A DNA stretch of 63,432 nt, filler included, from Octopus bimaculoides (taxonomy: Eukaryota), in the NCBI RefSeq assembly GCF_001194135.2. It is 4 parts of 4 records of this genome, joined end to end, with 100 filler letters (N's around TTAATTAATTAA, not from the genome) between each part and the next. Parts side by side here need not be neighbours in the genome. Positions count along the whole stretch, not along the records: positions 33,797 to 56,120 come from NC_068989.1; 3 more parts are not named here. One strand, written 5' to 3'. Positions 40,633 through 53,497 of this stretch are shown here, one piece after another. The position numbers and the translations under genes were made by a program. Below the pieces are notes generated by a model, which searched no databases, had not been told where the DNA came from, and was given only the letters and a program-made list of their open reading frames with translations. Each line of letters begins with the position of its first letter. Positions within the stretch are counted from its first letter, which is position 1.

Positions 40633-41600
40633 CATGGACTTCCATACAATTTCCATTAATCAAATTTCTTGAACAATAGGTGCAGGAGTGGCTGTGTGGT
40701 AAGTAACTTGCATACCAACCACATGGTTCCAGGTTCAGTTCCACAGTGTGGCACCTTGGGTAAGTGTCTTCTACTATAGCCTCGGGTTGACCAAAGCCTT
40801 GTGAGTGGATTTGGTAGACAGAAACTGAAAGAAGCCTGTCGTATATATGTATATATATGTGTTTGTGTGTCTGTGTTTGTACCCCCAACATCGCTTGATA
40901 ACCGATGCTGGTGTGTTTATGTCCCCGTAACTAGTGGTTCAGCAATAGACACCAATGGAATAAGTACTAGGCTTACAAAGAATAAGTCCTGGGGTTGATT
41001 TGCTCCACTAAAGGCGTTGCTCCAGCATGGCCACAGTCAAATGAATGAAACAAGTAAAAGAGTAAAGAGTAATGTATTGAGGCTTGAGGCTTTAGAAGAA
41101 GCTTCTCAAGAAACCACTCTCCAGTGGGACTGCAGCCAGGTAAGATGGCTGAGATCTTGACTGATGTTTTAATCTCAGTTACTATCAAACACATATTGGT
41201 GTCAAGACTTGTTGGATTTTGAGATAACTGTAATACAAATTTTGTCGGCATGAAACAAAAAGGCAAGAACAACGGTTTTGCCCAATGTAAAACCAAACTT
41301 GGACAGGATCTTGTTGGCATTGGCTGTGGTTCATACATTGTGTACAATTTCTTCCAAACAGCTGTTGGCATATAACCATTTGATATTGAAGCATTTACAG
41401 AGAAAATTTTCAAGTTTTTCACATATACACAGTTCATGTATCACAGCTAAAGGAACTTTGTAACTCTACCTGACTGGAATAGAAAAAGCTCTTACAATGT
41501 GATAATACCAGATTTTTGTCAATGCTACCAGCAGTTACAAAAACTCTTTGCATTTTCCTAGGCTTGAAATTTTATTTTTATTTCCAAAAACATTGCTTGG
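40000..41600 (+). mobile_element. Decayed hAT-superfamily transposase, split by a SINE pair at 40330-41070
   Basis: Frameshifted FVTTSMDASK, DNCNTNF, LVGIGCGSYIVYN (GIGC..H..N-like), HIYTVHVSQLKE and TRFLSMLPAV (TRW-like). Confidence 0.7.
40678..41070 (+). mobile_element. SINE family A, full copy
   Basis: Near-identical to 21279-21830; preceded by an inverted tail copy at 40330-40620. Confidence 0.9.
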
Positions 41601-43203
41601 GATAGATAAAACCAATTTTGAAGAATGTATGTATGGTTTGTTCATGGGCTGGTCAGTATTACCTTTTTAACAAATAATTCATGTCAAAGAGAAGGATAAT
41701 GTAAATGTAAAAGATATAAAACTAGAAATGTAAAACCTGATTACAAATACAGAAAAAAGAGAAAAAACTGTGAATCTGGACCTCAATATGCAAAGGCCTT
41801 GCTGTGAAAGCTTGAAGAAAAACAGGAAGACATTGGAAAAGAAAAGAAGATTAAAATTACTCAAATGGGTCTCAGTTTCAGTTCCTTTTATCTCAGTTTC
41901 TACTCCTGTTAGCCCTGGTTTCAATTTTGAAGATTACAGCAAGCCTACATATACTTAACTTTCTTATAGGCATTAGTGACTTAAACTAATTTCATTCTTC
42001 TGTGTTTTTACATTAACTGAATATTACTTTTAAAGTATAAAAATGCTTTTCTGTTTCTTCTATTTTTCATGACAAAGCAGATGGAAACTGCTGAAATTGG
42101 AAGGATGACAAAGTAAATCCATAATAGTGTATAGTTTTGTTCCTCTGTTTTGAACTCAAATCTTGCCAAGCTAGCTTTGCTTTTTATCTCTTTAGGGTCA
42201 ATAAAACGAGTACCAGAAATTATTGTGCTTAAAAACACAATGAAATGCTTGATACAGACTTGAACTCAATGCCATAGACACCCAAACATTTGTGAAGCTT
42301 CTCTCTCTCTCTCTCTATTATATATAGATGAATACGTTCAACTAACTGTCTACTACAAGCTTCTTCATCGCCAGCATCTACACCAACTTCTCAACGTACA
42401 CACCAAACCAGCAATGCTAACATAACTTTCTTGACGCTGTTTGTGAAATGCTTCACCAAGGTTAACAACCAATACAACCTGCAAGAACTCCTGTACCAAG
42501 TAACTGGCAACAGCATTAAAGCCTCAACTTCTTACATGACATGTGTCTTTCTTCAGCTCTGCCTTGACGCCACGACTTCTTGGTACAGCACTTCAACCAT
42601 TAGATACGAACTGGCATTTCCCATTCTTGTTCCTGGACTTTCTTCTAATGTCCTTATAAACTCTTTTCTATGCTCTGTATCTCTCGCATTCACATACACA
42701 TATTTGTATACACACACACACTTTGTTTACACAACGGCCTGTTTAATATTGTGTTTTATTATGTCGCACTCACACACACACACGGACATTCAAGTTGACA
42801 ACCAATAAAACCTTACTTTTATACCTTTTACCAGTTGAGTCTCTCTCTTTTTCTTGTTGGCACTTAACTCATTTTAACCTCATTTCATTTTTGCTTTTAT
42901 ATTTGTGCCAACCGTGTGATGCGCTAAAGGAGCCATTCCTTCATCACCATCTCCTGGTCGCACGGTCGTTACACATTTTATGTCTATGTATCTCTATATG
43001 TTGTCTTTTTACAAATATATAGACTGAACTAAAGAGAGAGCTAAGAGTGTTTAGCAAGAATACAGCAGAGTGTCTGTGATAGATTACAACTCTCAACATA
43101 TTAATAGAAAATAAATAAATTTGTCAGCTTTCTCGTTTGTTAAAGAAAATTTGGCAAAAATAAAACTTCAATGATATTACTAAAAATATATACTGTTACT
43201 GAC

Positions 43204-43327
43204 CTTGTGTTTTCCAGCCTGGTTCTTGTTGGGTTATTATTTTATGAAAAATCTTCAAATTATGTGAAATATTTTCTTTCTTTATCTCTTCAAATTGGGG
43301 CAACCATTTCCATTTCGCAACTGAAAC
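43204..43327 (-). CDS. Coding exon 4 VSVAKWKWLPQFEEIKKENISHNLKIFHKIITQQEPGWKTQ
   Basis: Acceptor ttgttgtgtcag, donor CAAG|GTCAGT; 124 nt, phase 0 in and phase 1 out. Confidence 0.8.
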
Positions 43328-44109
43328 CTGACACAACAAATATTCAGAAAAAAAAAACCGTGTCAATTGGAAGTGTAGCAAAAATAATTTCAATGATTAC
43401 TGATGTGGACTAAGTGATAAGTTTAACATGATGAGATTATTTAACCCTAATCAAGCAAACTTGTGATCAGAGATGTTCTAATCATGACCTTATCATCTTT
43501 TTTCCCCCTTATACATAGTGTATTTAGGACTACACTATCCAATGTATACTCATTAAGTGATTCAGGTAGATTTAGCTGCTATTGTTAGCAGATCAAGAGA
43601 CCATAACATGGTGCCTTCATATACAGTATATTGTTTATGCAAGGCAAAAGGATTTTGTTTTAATACAGTTGAGACTGTATGAGCACATGGTCAGCAGCAC
43701 TATCTCAAATATAGGTGCAGTACTCTAATATGGTGCACATTTGCATTTTGTATACAATCAGCTACTGTACATATCTGAAGAGGAAACTCAGTCTCAGTGA
43801 TGCAATTTTAGGTGATGATTGTAAATATGATGCTCTTGTTTAGATCTGGGCCAACTCTGAGTGAGCAGATGTACAGCCAAAAGCATTTGAGCCATAGCCA
43901 TATAGTACTTTTAGGGAATATACAACTATGGGACTACATTATCTAATATCTTTTCTTATTTAAGATGCAAGGTGTGATTTAAGGAAGATTTAACTACTGT
44001 TTCAAACAGATAAAGCACACAAACACACACACACACACCCACACACAGAGGTTCCTTCAATGATGTTAAGGATGAAGATAAGCAATGGAAACAAAATCAA
44101 AGAACTTAC

Positions 44110-44445
44110 AGTGTGTGGCATAATAGTTAAAGACTGATCCCAGCCATAGTCTATAACACCCATTTCATTCAACGGCAGTAATATTCGATAAATACAAGAC
44201 CTTAGATTCGAGAGTAATGTTTCAATCCCAGGCCAATAATTATATAAATCTTCAAAAAGAACCTTCTGCCAATATAGTCCATGATGTGCACCTAACATTT
44301 TAGGATGAAGAGTTTTTGTCTTGAGTCTTTCAATCACTAATTCAGTTAAAGACCCTTTGTTGTTGTCATCGTAATCTTGAACCAGTTCCAGTTTATAGAA
44401 ACTTCTGGACAGCTGCACTGCAAGGGCAAACTCACTGTTATTTCT
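44110..44445 (-). CDS. Coding exon 3 (112 codons) RNNSEFALAVQLSRSFY...IMPHT
   Basis: Acceptor tttgtttctttag, donor ACT|GTAAGT, phase 0/0, open frame, non-repetitive sequence (GLYWQKVLFED...LRSCIYRILL). Confidence 0.88.
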
Positions 44446-44530
44446 CTAAAGAAACAAATAAAAAAATACTTTCTATTGTATTTATGTCTGTTTAATTAGT
44501 TACACACACACACACACAAATTTATATGTA

Positions 44531-44588
<58 letters not shown>

Positions 44589-45785
44589 AACACATATATT
44601 AACCTTAGAATTGTTTATAAATGAATAACAACATTTACTGATGAAAACAATACAATTTTTTGTGAAATCTGTCTGTCCATAACATAACTTCCAGTTTGGT
44701 TTACTGCACCCCACTCTCTCTTACTCTCTCCCTGCCATGATTAGTACTGTATTATTTTATCAACCCCTGCAGGATGGAAAGCAAAGTTCAACAAGGCAGG
44801 ATTTAAACTTTAAAACGTAAACAGTCAAAACAAATACTGCAAAGAATTCTCTGAAGCTCAAAAGATTTGCCAATCCACCAACGAGCTATAATCCATAGTA
44901 AAAACATATAGTAACATACCATATCTTATTGGGTCATGTAAGCACCACCAAAGCCTTTCATCAATATAAGTGCAGACACGAGTGTGTGGTTAAGAAGTTT
45001 GCTTCCCAACCACATGGTACCAAGTTATAAACACATGGTAAATGTGCATGCATGCATGTATATATGTATATATGTGTGTATGTGTGTATGTATGCATGTA
45101 TATATGTGTAGGTGTGTACGTTTGTTTCTCCTTTTCATCGTATCATGTGATTACAATAAAATGTCATTCATTTCCAATATTCTGCAAAAACATATCTTGC
45201 CATGGGGAAATATTACCTTGCTTGAAAACAGGTAAATTTTGGTGACAAGAAGGGCATCTGGCCATAGAAAATCTGCCTTAATAACCTCTATCAAACGTTA
45301 CAGTAATCATAATGATGACAATGATGAATAGGTCCATTTAATGTTGGTATGAAAAACTAAATATAAAATTATAGAATAAATTGACTGAGTTCCTTTCAAG
45401 CATTGGGCCACACGAAGGCGAAGTGGCTGAGTTCCTTTCGAATGTTGGCTTTCATGGAGGCAATGACCAATTTTGGCATTATATTGTGCTTGGGAAGAAG
45501 ACCCATCAAGTCGATCAAAATCGCAGTCATGGCAGATACCAGTGTCATGCAAATTGGCATCCATGCCAGTGTAATGTAAAAGCACCCATTACACTCTCAA
45601 AGTGGATAGCATTAGGAAGGGCATCCAGCCATAGTAAACCATGCCAAATCAGACTGGAGTCTGGTGCAGCCTTCCAGCGTGCCAGTCCAGCCAACCTATC
45701 CAATCCATGCCATTATGGACAACGGACATTAAATAACGATGATGATGATGAAATTAACATAATGTAAAATATTCAATGTATTTAC

Positions 45786-45977
45786 CATCTCATTATCTAA
45801 GAGGGGGTGATTTTCAATCCTTTTATATGACTTCACCCAAGCAACAATATTTTCAAGTTGATTTTTTCTCTCTCTGATATCCAGTTTATACAATAACGTT
45901 TGGTTGTTCCTCATATAATGTGATGTTAGATCATTGCCGCATACAATAGCCAGCTCAATCAATTCATCTGAAGACAA
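45786..45977 (-). CDS. Coding exon 2 (64 codons), H3TH-like segment LSSDELIELAIVCGND...LLDNEM
   Basis: Acceptor ctttttattccag, donor ATG|GTAAAT, phase 0/0. LAIVCGND corresponds to the FEN1-family LLG(S/N)D motif carrying the last catalytic Asp (D262). Confidence 0.9.
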
Positions 45978-46109
45978 CTGGAATAAAAAGAGCAATCAAT
46001 TAATTTAAAAAATAAATACTCAGCAACTTTATTGAAGCTTTTTCAGTTTTTTCTTTTCATTTTGTTTGTTTTACTTTATCAAATTCGAGACATGCAGCTA
46101 GAGATCCAT

Positions 46110-46320
46110 AATGAACCTGTAGTGGCGCCTAATATCAATTGCTATTTCTGGAGAGTTTATCCACGCATGCGCAGGGACTAGTTCCGGAAGGAATACAGGA
46201 AGAGTCTCATGCGCATGCGTAGTCATCCATATCCAAGTGTTCCCGTGCATTTTCACTCTCTTTGCTCGCTGAACTTCGTGGAAGCTAGACGTCACAGTAG
46301 CAGCTCTCCGACAACTCAAC
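46110..46320. promoter_or_regulatory. Housekeeping-type promoter motif cluster inside an intron of the PIN gene
   Basis: NRF1-like GCATGCGCA (46165) and TGCGCATGCG (46210), ETS-like TTCCGGAAG (46182), CRE-like GACGTCAC (~46289); CpG-rich and non-repetitive. Confidence 0.6.
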
Positions 46321-47559
46321 ACTGGAGCTACATAGATAACCAGAGAGGAGAAAAATGACTTCTAACCACGCAACTTCATTGACGGCGTCTCATCTAATCA
46401 AAGGGCGACATGCTACCGAATTCCCTCCTAGTGTGAGCAGAATTCTACTGTAATAAAAATATTGTTGTGTTGTTAGTTTAGAGTCTGCGTTCCGTTTTCT
46501 TCCTTAAGAAATTTAATGTACGGAATCGGAATACACCTAATGGTGTATAACCACTTCCCTACAAACCAATTGCAAAAATGTTATGTTTAGTACTGAGTGC
46601 ACTATGTTGCTTTTTTTCATGGCTTAATCAAGTGAGAAAGAACATCCAAGACCGGTGAGAGAAAGGGGTGATGTTGTCCATAGGCAAGAGACATAGCCTG
46701 AATATTTCCAATAAAATGGACTTCACTAAAGGTCCCCAAAGATAGCTAGGTGGTGGTATTAAACTGGGTGATAGGTTAAGTTTACTACTCAAGAACAAGA
46801 ATGGTCATTATAATGACCTTCCACACAGTTTCTGTTGTCCAAATTTCAAAGCTTTGGTCAACCAAAATCTATGGTAGGAGATATATCACCAAAATGTCAT
46901 GCAGTGGGTTCAAACCAAAGACCATGTAGTCACAAAGTAAACTTCTTAACCACATAGTCATGCTTGCATTCTGATCTGCTGCATATGGAAATGAAAGAAA
47001 GATACTGAAAATAGCAAGGAAAAGATGCCAGTGTTGTAATGTAATGGTCAACAAATTTTACCCTGTCATCATTATAATCTCCTTGGCAAAGACACTTGAC
47101 TATCATCTGCCTTGTCCACCGACTATAAATATGTTCTATGTCAAAATACAGTTCATAAACAAAATTAGTAAAGACATCATATAACCATTGAATGTTTTTT
47201 CAGCTTGCAGTGATAATCTCAAAAACTTCTCTTGAGCCAACAGGAGAACCTCTGAGTGATTATTTAGCCTGCCAGAAATAGCAGGTTATACATCCTAAAG
47301 AAAAGAAAATAATGTAGTTTCTGATATACAAAAAGATGAGATGGTCACAAGTGGAACACCTTTAATCATAGAAAAAGATGTAACATGACGATGACAACAG
47401 CAGTATCATAATTATCATTATTGTGTCTAATGATATCACCATCATAATTATCATTGTGGTGTCTAATTTTTTTCCATGTTTGTAAGGGTTGCATACTATG
47501 TCACTATTGGTTTTGGTCCTTCGTCATTTTTTTCATTACATTCAACTTCCTGGGTTCAA

Positions 47560-49310
47560 TTTACATCACTTTATCCCATGTCTTCCTTGGTCTTTTTCTT
47601 CTATGCATTCCTTCATCTTGGATTATTTGGCACTTCTTCACTCAAATGTCATCTTCTATATACATCATATGTGCATACCAGCTCAGCTGACTCTCTTGTA
47701 CACTATATCTGAATCTTGGCATACCTAATTTTTCTGTCAGCCTATTTCTGCTCTATCATTTTTGAAAACTAATATTACATGTCCATCAAAGTATACACAT
47801 CTCATTCCTTGGTACATCCTTCTCATTCATTGTCTATGTCTTGCAACAACGTAGCATAGCATTTCATAAATATGTCCCATATAAGCTGTCCTTCACTCAG
47901 AGACACAATCCTTTTGAAGAAGATCTAAGCAAAAGTAACATCTTTCATTCCAGTCATACTCTAGTTGCCATACTTCACTACTAATTACCAACTGGGTACC
48001 TAAAGCTATTAACTACTTCTGAGGTACTCTGAGCATTTGAAAGTATTTAATGGGTGATGCTTTTGATCCTACTCTTCTTGTGAGCTCGTGGTTTACAACT
48101 GACTATACAAAATTTCTACCTGTTCCTGTATTTCATAATGTGCTTCTCTTCATAATTAAAACTGCACAGTAACTTACCCCAAACTGCATACCACTACTCT
48201 TGATAAATATTCTTACTGTTTGGCTCAGAGAAGCCAGGTCTTTTTCACATCTCATGTACAGTTTGAGATCATTGATTTAGAGCAAATGAGTTATTTTCAC
48301 CCTGGTTTAGGAAAACTCTTAAACAGAACTGGATTTTCTCAGTATGTTTGTCAGAGGGATTAATACAATGATGAAAAGTAATGGCGGGAACAAGTCACCC
48401 TGAAATATTGTCCTGCATATTTTCACATTTCATACAATATATTTCCACATTTCAATTCTACTTCCCATGATATTATTAAAAAACTGTTAATGTTCTCTTT
48501 GCTCTCATTCTTTTCATGTCAAAAGCCATTATCTTATACTTTCTTATAATTTATCCAACTAACAGCCAAGTTCTGCATTATCATCCATACCTCACTTAGT
48601 ATCATGCTATTAATATACAACAGATCAGTAGTTCCCTTTGAGTTCTTTCAGCATCTCTTTTGCTCCTCTGGTAATAGATTCTCTCCAGAAAACTAGACAC
48701 TTCATCAGATACAGGGCCAGTTAATAATTTCCAGAGTAATGGTAAGCATGTAATAGGCCTATAATTTTTGACTTACCCTTCCATTTCTTTGTTCTTCTGT
48801 ATTTGCACTGTCTTCCCTTTTGTCATTCATGTTAGAGCTCCATTTTCTACAGTCAGTAAGAAACAGTTTTATAAAGCTGAGTGTGCTGATGAGATGTTTT
48901 TTAAACCAGAATTCCTGACACCATCTGGGCCAAGGGCTTTCCAATTTAGTAGTTTTTACGCATCTTTTTCACTTTCTCATCTGTAATATTTATATTCTTT
49001 TGTTTTTACCTATTTTCCATTTCACTCTCAAATTTCTGTAACTAATTTGCTTCCCTGTTATGTTGAACCTCTTTACCCTAAATATCTGACCAAAAGTCCC
49101 TTGCTGCTTCAGTATTTGGCATCTGATGTTCATTCACATTGTTATTTTCATAATTTCTGAAGGACCTATTTAGTTGATGACTCTTGTAGTTTTGCCTCTC
49201 CTTCAAGATCCCATTCTTCAAGCTTTGCAACATAAAATTTTCTTTAAAGCACTCACAAAAAAGAACTATAATTTCCCAAGGAAATCCTTCCCTCAATAGC
49301 CAGAAGTAGA
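47560..49310 (-). mobile_element. Decayed R4/Dong-like non-LTR retrotransposon, RT region
   Basis: MPNTEAARDFWSDI, TIFQGDL..PLLFIIVLIPL and THLL*INDLKLY (YMDD-equivalent) with stops and frameshifts. Confidence 0.75.
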
Positions 49311-49509
49311 CAATAAAACAAAAAGTTTTTTTTTAGAAACATTTTAAAATTTATTTATACATTACAGACACATGCATGACTATGTGGTAGGAAGCTTGCT
49401 TCCCAACCACATGGTTCTGGGTTCAGTGCCACTGCATGGCACCTTAGGAAAGTGTTTTCTACAATAGACTTGGGTCAACCAAAGCTTTGTGAGTGGATTT
49501 GGTAGATGG

Positions 49510-51710
49510 CAACTTCCTCACCAGGCAACAAGATAGGCTGATGCTCACACATGTGAAGTCTTTCCCAGGTGAAGAGTACACTCCAACATAGGCTACTAGT
49601 TAGTGACTTCAGAATTAGGGCTAGAAAAACTCAGAGAAATAAACCATACTGGAAAAGAAGATTATGGAAGCTCAAAGACCAAGCAAACCAACAAAAATTT
49701 AGAGACATTCTATTGGAGGCCTCTGATGATAGAGAGGAGGAGAAAGGGACATATAGTTTAGAGGACAACTGGAAGTTCCTGTGGGACAATTTACTGGGTA
49801 GGGGGCACTGACCAAATCTGTGGCTGGTGCAAAGTCCGAGCTAAACCAAGAGTGACATGATGGTAGAACAAGGAGATGGACAGCACTATAAAAGCAGAGA
49901 CAGACCTGGAAAGACTGGGAAAATGGTGGAAGCAGAGCATTATATCAGGGAGCCAGAAGGGAGACTAGGCAACAGGTTTACATAGCAAAAGGAACAGCAG
50001 AAGGTAAGAGGTTTGCCAATGTTCTACAATGTAAGGATCAGAGGTGTGAGGTGCTCAGGATTGTAAAGCAATGTATCAGAGAGAATAGTAATGTGATGGG
50101 TGAGAAATGTGTGTGAATGGATAATGGTATGCTTGCATTTAGTGACTCAGAGAAGAAAGATGTTTGGAGATGCCAGGTTATTAAATGTGGAGAATGATTG
50201 GGAGAAGGAGAGTCATTCAAATATCAAACCAATTGAGGGACCAGCCAGAGGTGATAGTAGTATAATAGATAAGGTAATTAAGGTTATGAAGGCTGGAAAA
50301 GCCCCTGGACCATCAGGTATCAGAGCTGAGATGATTGAAATATCCAGTGGTGTGGAATACAGCCTAGTCACTTGCATAGCTAACCAGGTTATTCAGGAAG
50401 ACATCAACCCCAAAGACTGGTGTAGTAGTACTATAGTTAGCTGCTACAGGGGTAAAAGTGATGCCTTAGATAGAAACAACTATAGAGGTATCAAACTGTT
50501 GGACCAGGTTATGAAAATTACAGAGAGGGTTATAGCTCAATTGATTAGGAATAGAATTAAACTAGATGAGATGCAGTTTGGGTTTTTTCTTGGGAGAAGT
50601 ACCACAGATGCCATCTTCCTAGTGAGACAGTTGCAAGAAAAATATTTGGCTAAAAGTAAACCATTGTACTTAGCTTTTGTCGAACTGGAGAAAGCTTTCG
50701 ACAGGGTTCCCCACTCTCTTATTTGGTAGTCTCAAAGGAAGCTAGGAGTAGAAGAGTGCCTTATTAGAGCTGTACAAGCCATGAACCATGATGCTATCAG
50801 TAAGGTGAAAGTTGGCGTTGGATACAATGGTGAATTTAACGTACAAGTTGGAGTTCACCGGGGATCAGTTGTTAGTCCACTCTTATTCATCCTAGTTTCT
50901 CCAGGCCATAACAGTAGAATTCAATACTGGATGTCCATGGGAACTGCTATATGCTGATGACCTAACTCTTATTGCTGAATCTGAAGCAGATTGGAGAAGA
51001 AGTTCCAGGTATGGAAGCAAAACCTGGAATCAAAGGGCCTTAAAGTTAACCTAGCAAAAACTAAAGCTGTTGTTAGCAAGAAAGCAGATAAGACTCTCTT
51101 TCCATCAGATAAACAACTCTGCTCAATTAGTAGGAAAGGAGTGGAAAGTAATTCCATTTGCTGCACCCAGTGTAAGCTATGGGCGCATAAGAGATGTAGT
51201 GGAATCCCAGGTAGTTTAACAGATTAAGGTTGCTTTCGTGTGTGGCAGATGTGCAGGAACAATAAGCACTAAGAGTACATGAGACTTAAACTCTCTCCAA
51301 TGTCCAGGAGGCTCTCTTCAGGGAGCAGATAGTTTCTGCTACTTAGGTGACCAAATTAGTAACGATGGTGGATACTCTGAAAGTATTGTTTCTAGAAAAA
51401 GAATAGGATGGAGGAAATTCAGAGAGCTACTAGCTCTGTTGGTAACAAAAAGTCTCTCTCTCAGAGTGAAAAGTATATTGTATGATGCTTGTTTATGAAT
51501 GGCTATACTCCATGGCAGTGAGACAGGGGCTCTGAATGCAGAGGACATGCATAGACTGGAGAGAAATCAAGGTAGTATGCTCTGTTGGATTTGCAACATC
51601 AGTGTACATGGCCAACAAAGCACAACTGTTTTGAGAAGAAAGTTAGGCATAAGTGGAATTAAATGTGGCTTGCAGGAGAGGAGACCCATGTGATATTTGT
51701 AAAAGAGTAT
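49510..51710 (+). mobile_element. RTE-clade LINE, 5'-truncated (end of APE endonuclease plus RT), frameshifted
   Basis: QHRLLVSDFRI, KAPGPSG, NYRGIKLL, QFGF..GRSTTDAIF, LEKAFDRVP, ELLYADDL; ORF 50100-50729. Confidence 0.92.
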
Positions 51711-52431
51711 CACTGACATACAGTCAATGTCATTCATTTCCAATATTTTATGAAATTAAGTCTGGTCACGGGGAAATATTATCTTGCTGGAAACAAGCGA
51801 GGGTTGGCAATTAGAAGGGCATCTGGCCAATGATAAATCTGCCTCATTAAACTCCATCCGATCCAGGTTACCATGAATGAGGATGGTGATGATGAAACAA
51901 TGATGATAATCACTAGCATCCAACAACATAGTCATTGGATTTGTAGAACTCCAATGAGTAAGTTGTTGAAAAGTGGCTAAAGACAAAGCCTAAACATAAT
52001 AAATGTCTCTGCTTGCTAAGGAGATAAGTAGCTGGAATAGTGATCTGAAAGTTGACAAAATTTTACAGCTGGCAAAATTTTACAATTCTACATGACCTCT
52101 GAAGGAAGATTTTTCTATGAAATCTTGGCAAATATCCAAAATAAAATGCAACAAACTTTTATGCTCAAAATTTTGAATATATAGATTTTAGAAATCAAGT
52201 TAGATGGATCAAATTTTAGAATCATTTATTGAGTAAAATAAGTTTTACATTTTAAACATGTAGCCAAAACATACCTGAATGTTTTTTTTAAATTCTTCCT
52301 ATAAGTGGCTATATGTCTCACATATACAACTAGTTTTGGCCAGTTATCAGTAAATTTAAAGAGAACCAAACAGATGAGAAATCATTTGTTTAAATAATAA
52401 TTTTGAATAAAGATGGAAAAATACAACTTAC

Positions 52432-53169
52432 GCCAAACATATGACTGACTCTTTCGGTACTTATCAGTCCAATTTGAAGATGTAAAGGTTTTTTTGGAAC
52501 CTCTCCACAATATTCTAGCTCCATATCATTGTGAATATCAAACAATTTTGGTGGAATACAACAACAGTCTTTAAAAAGGCAGAAATCAGAATCATAACTG
52601 AAAATCGCAAATGCTTTGCTATCCAACAGTTGCTTGGCCATCATGTCATCAGCTTCACCTGAGCAATTCACTACTTTACAACCACATTCTGTCAGAGCAG
52701 AAGTGAAAATCATATCACGAAGAACAGGCCTTACAATGTCATCACATAACAAGTCTTCAATGCTTATTTCATTGTAAAATACAGATAACATATTTTTAAT
52801 CTTCCTCATATCCTTTTGAGAACGAGATAACCATGTGTTTAATCTCCTCTTAGTGGTTTCCTTGCATGAACCTCTTGCACCATCAATTAAAAATGTTAGA
52901 TGGATATCCACAGACTGTAAATTCTTTATCAGAGCAGTTACATAGAGGGATAAAGAGGAATATTCCCCACCATAAAGTAATAGATATTTGTTTTTATTTA
53001 TGTTTAAAAGATTTGTCATAAACTTATCATAAACCCAATTTGCAAAACAGTAATAATCAACCAGTATTTCAATTCCTTTTTGCTCACGAGCAACTTCAAC
53101 AAGGTCAACAAAAGTGCAGCACTGTTTTTGGTTCTTGAGACAGTAGGAGAATAACCCTTGAACACCCAT
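52432..53169 (-). CDS. First coding exon (246 codons) of an Asteroid/FAM120-like XPG/FEN1-family PIN-domain nuclease
   Basis: N-terminus MGVQGL; motifs ILVD(38), FLIDG(96), GEADD(172/174) and SYDSDF(193/195) match the FEN1/XPG PIN acidic pattern. Acceptor ttgcttttgcag precedes 53192, leaving 23 nt of 5'UTR before the ATG. Donor GGC|GTAAGT follows 52432 (phase 0). Confidence 0.92.
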
Positions 53170-53274
53170 CTTTTTTCCTTAGAAAGATTCACCTGCAAAA
53201 GCAAATAGAAGTTCATTAATTAAATATTACAAATATTTTGACAAGGCACAAAAGTCCAATATTTTTCAGAAATA

Positions 53275-53497
53275 AGATATTCTTTCCTACTCTAGGCACA
53301 AAGCCCAAAATTTTGGGGGAGGGGACAGTCAATAAGATCGACCCCAGTATGCAACTGGTACTTAATTTATCGACCCTGAAAGGATGAAAGGCAAAGTCAA
53401 CCACAGCAGAATTTGAACTCAGAACATAAAGACAGACGAAATGCTACTAAGCATTTCGCCCGCCATGCTAACGTTTCTGCCAGCTCGCCGCCTTCAG
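53275..53497 (-). mobile_element. SINE family B, little-diverged copy
   Basis: GGCGGCGAGCTGGCAGAAACGTTAG..TCTGAGTTCAAATTC..TTTCATCC..GGGGTCGAT. Other copies: 10425-10605(-), 11180-11390(-), 16710-16925(-), 19415-19620(-), 19660-19857(-), 26320-26500, 31520-31712, 31730-31945, 32450-32620, 44720-44880(-). Confidence 0.88.

Noticed and set aside
41679-41958. ORFs on both strands as a possible exon between exons 4 and 5
   Set aside because: Exons 4 and 5 already join in phase, and no good splice pair gives a convincing peptide.
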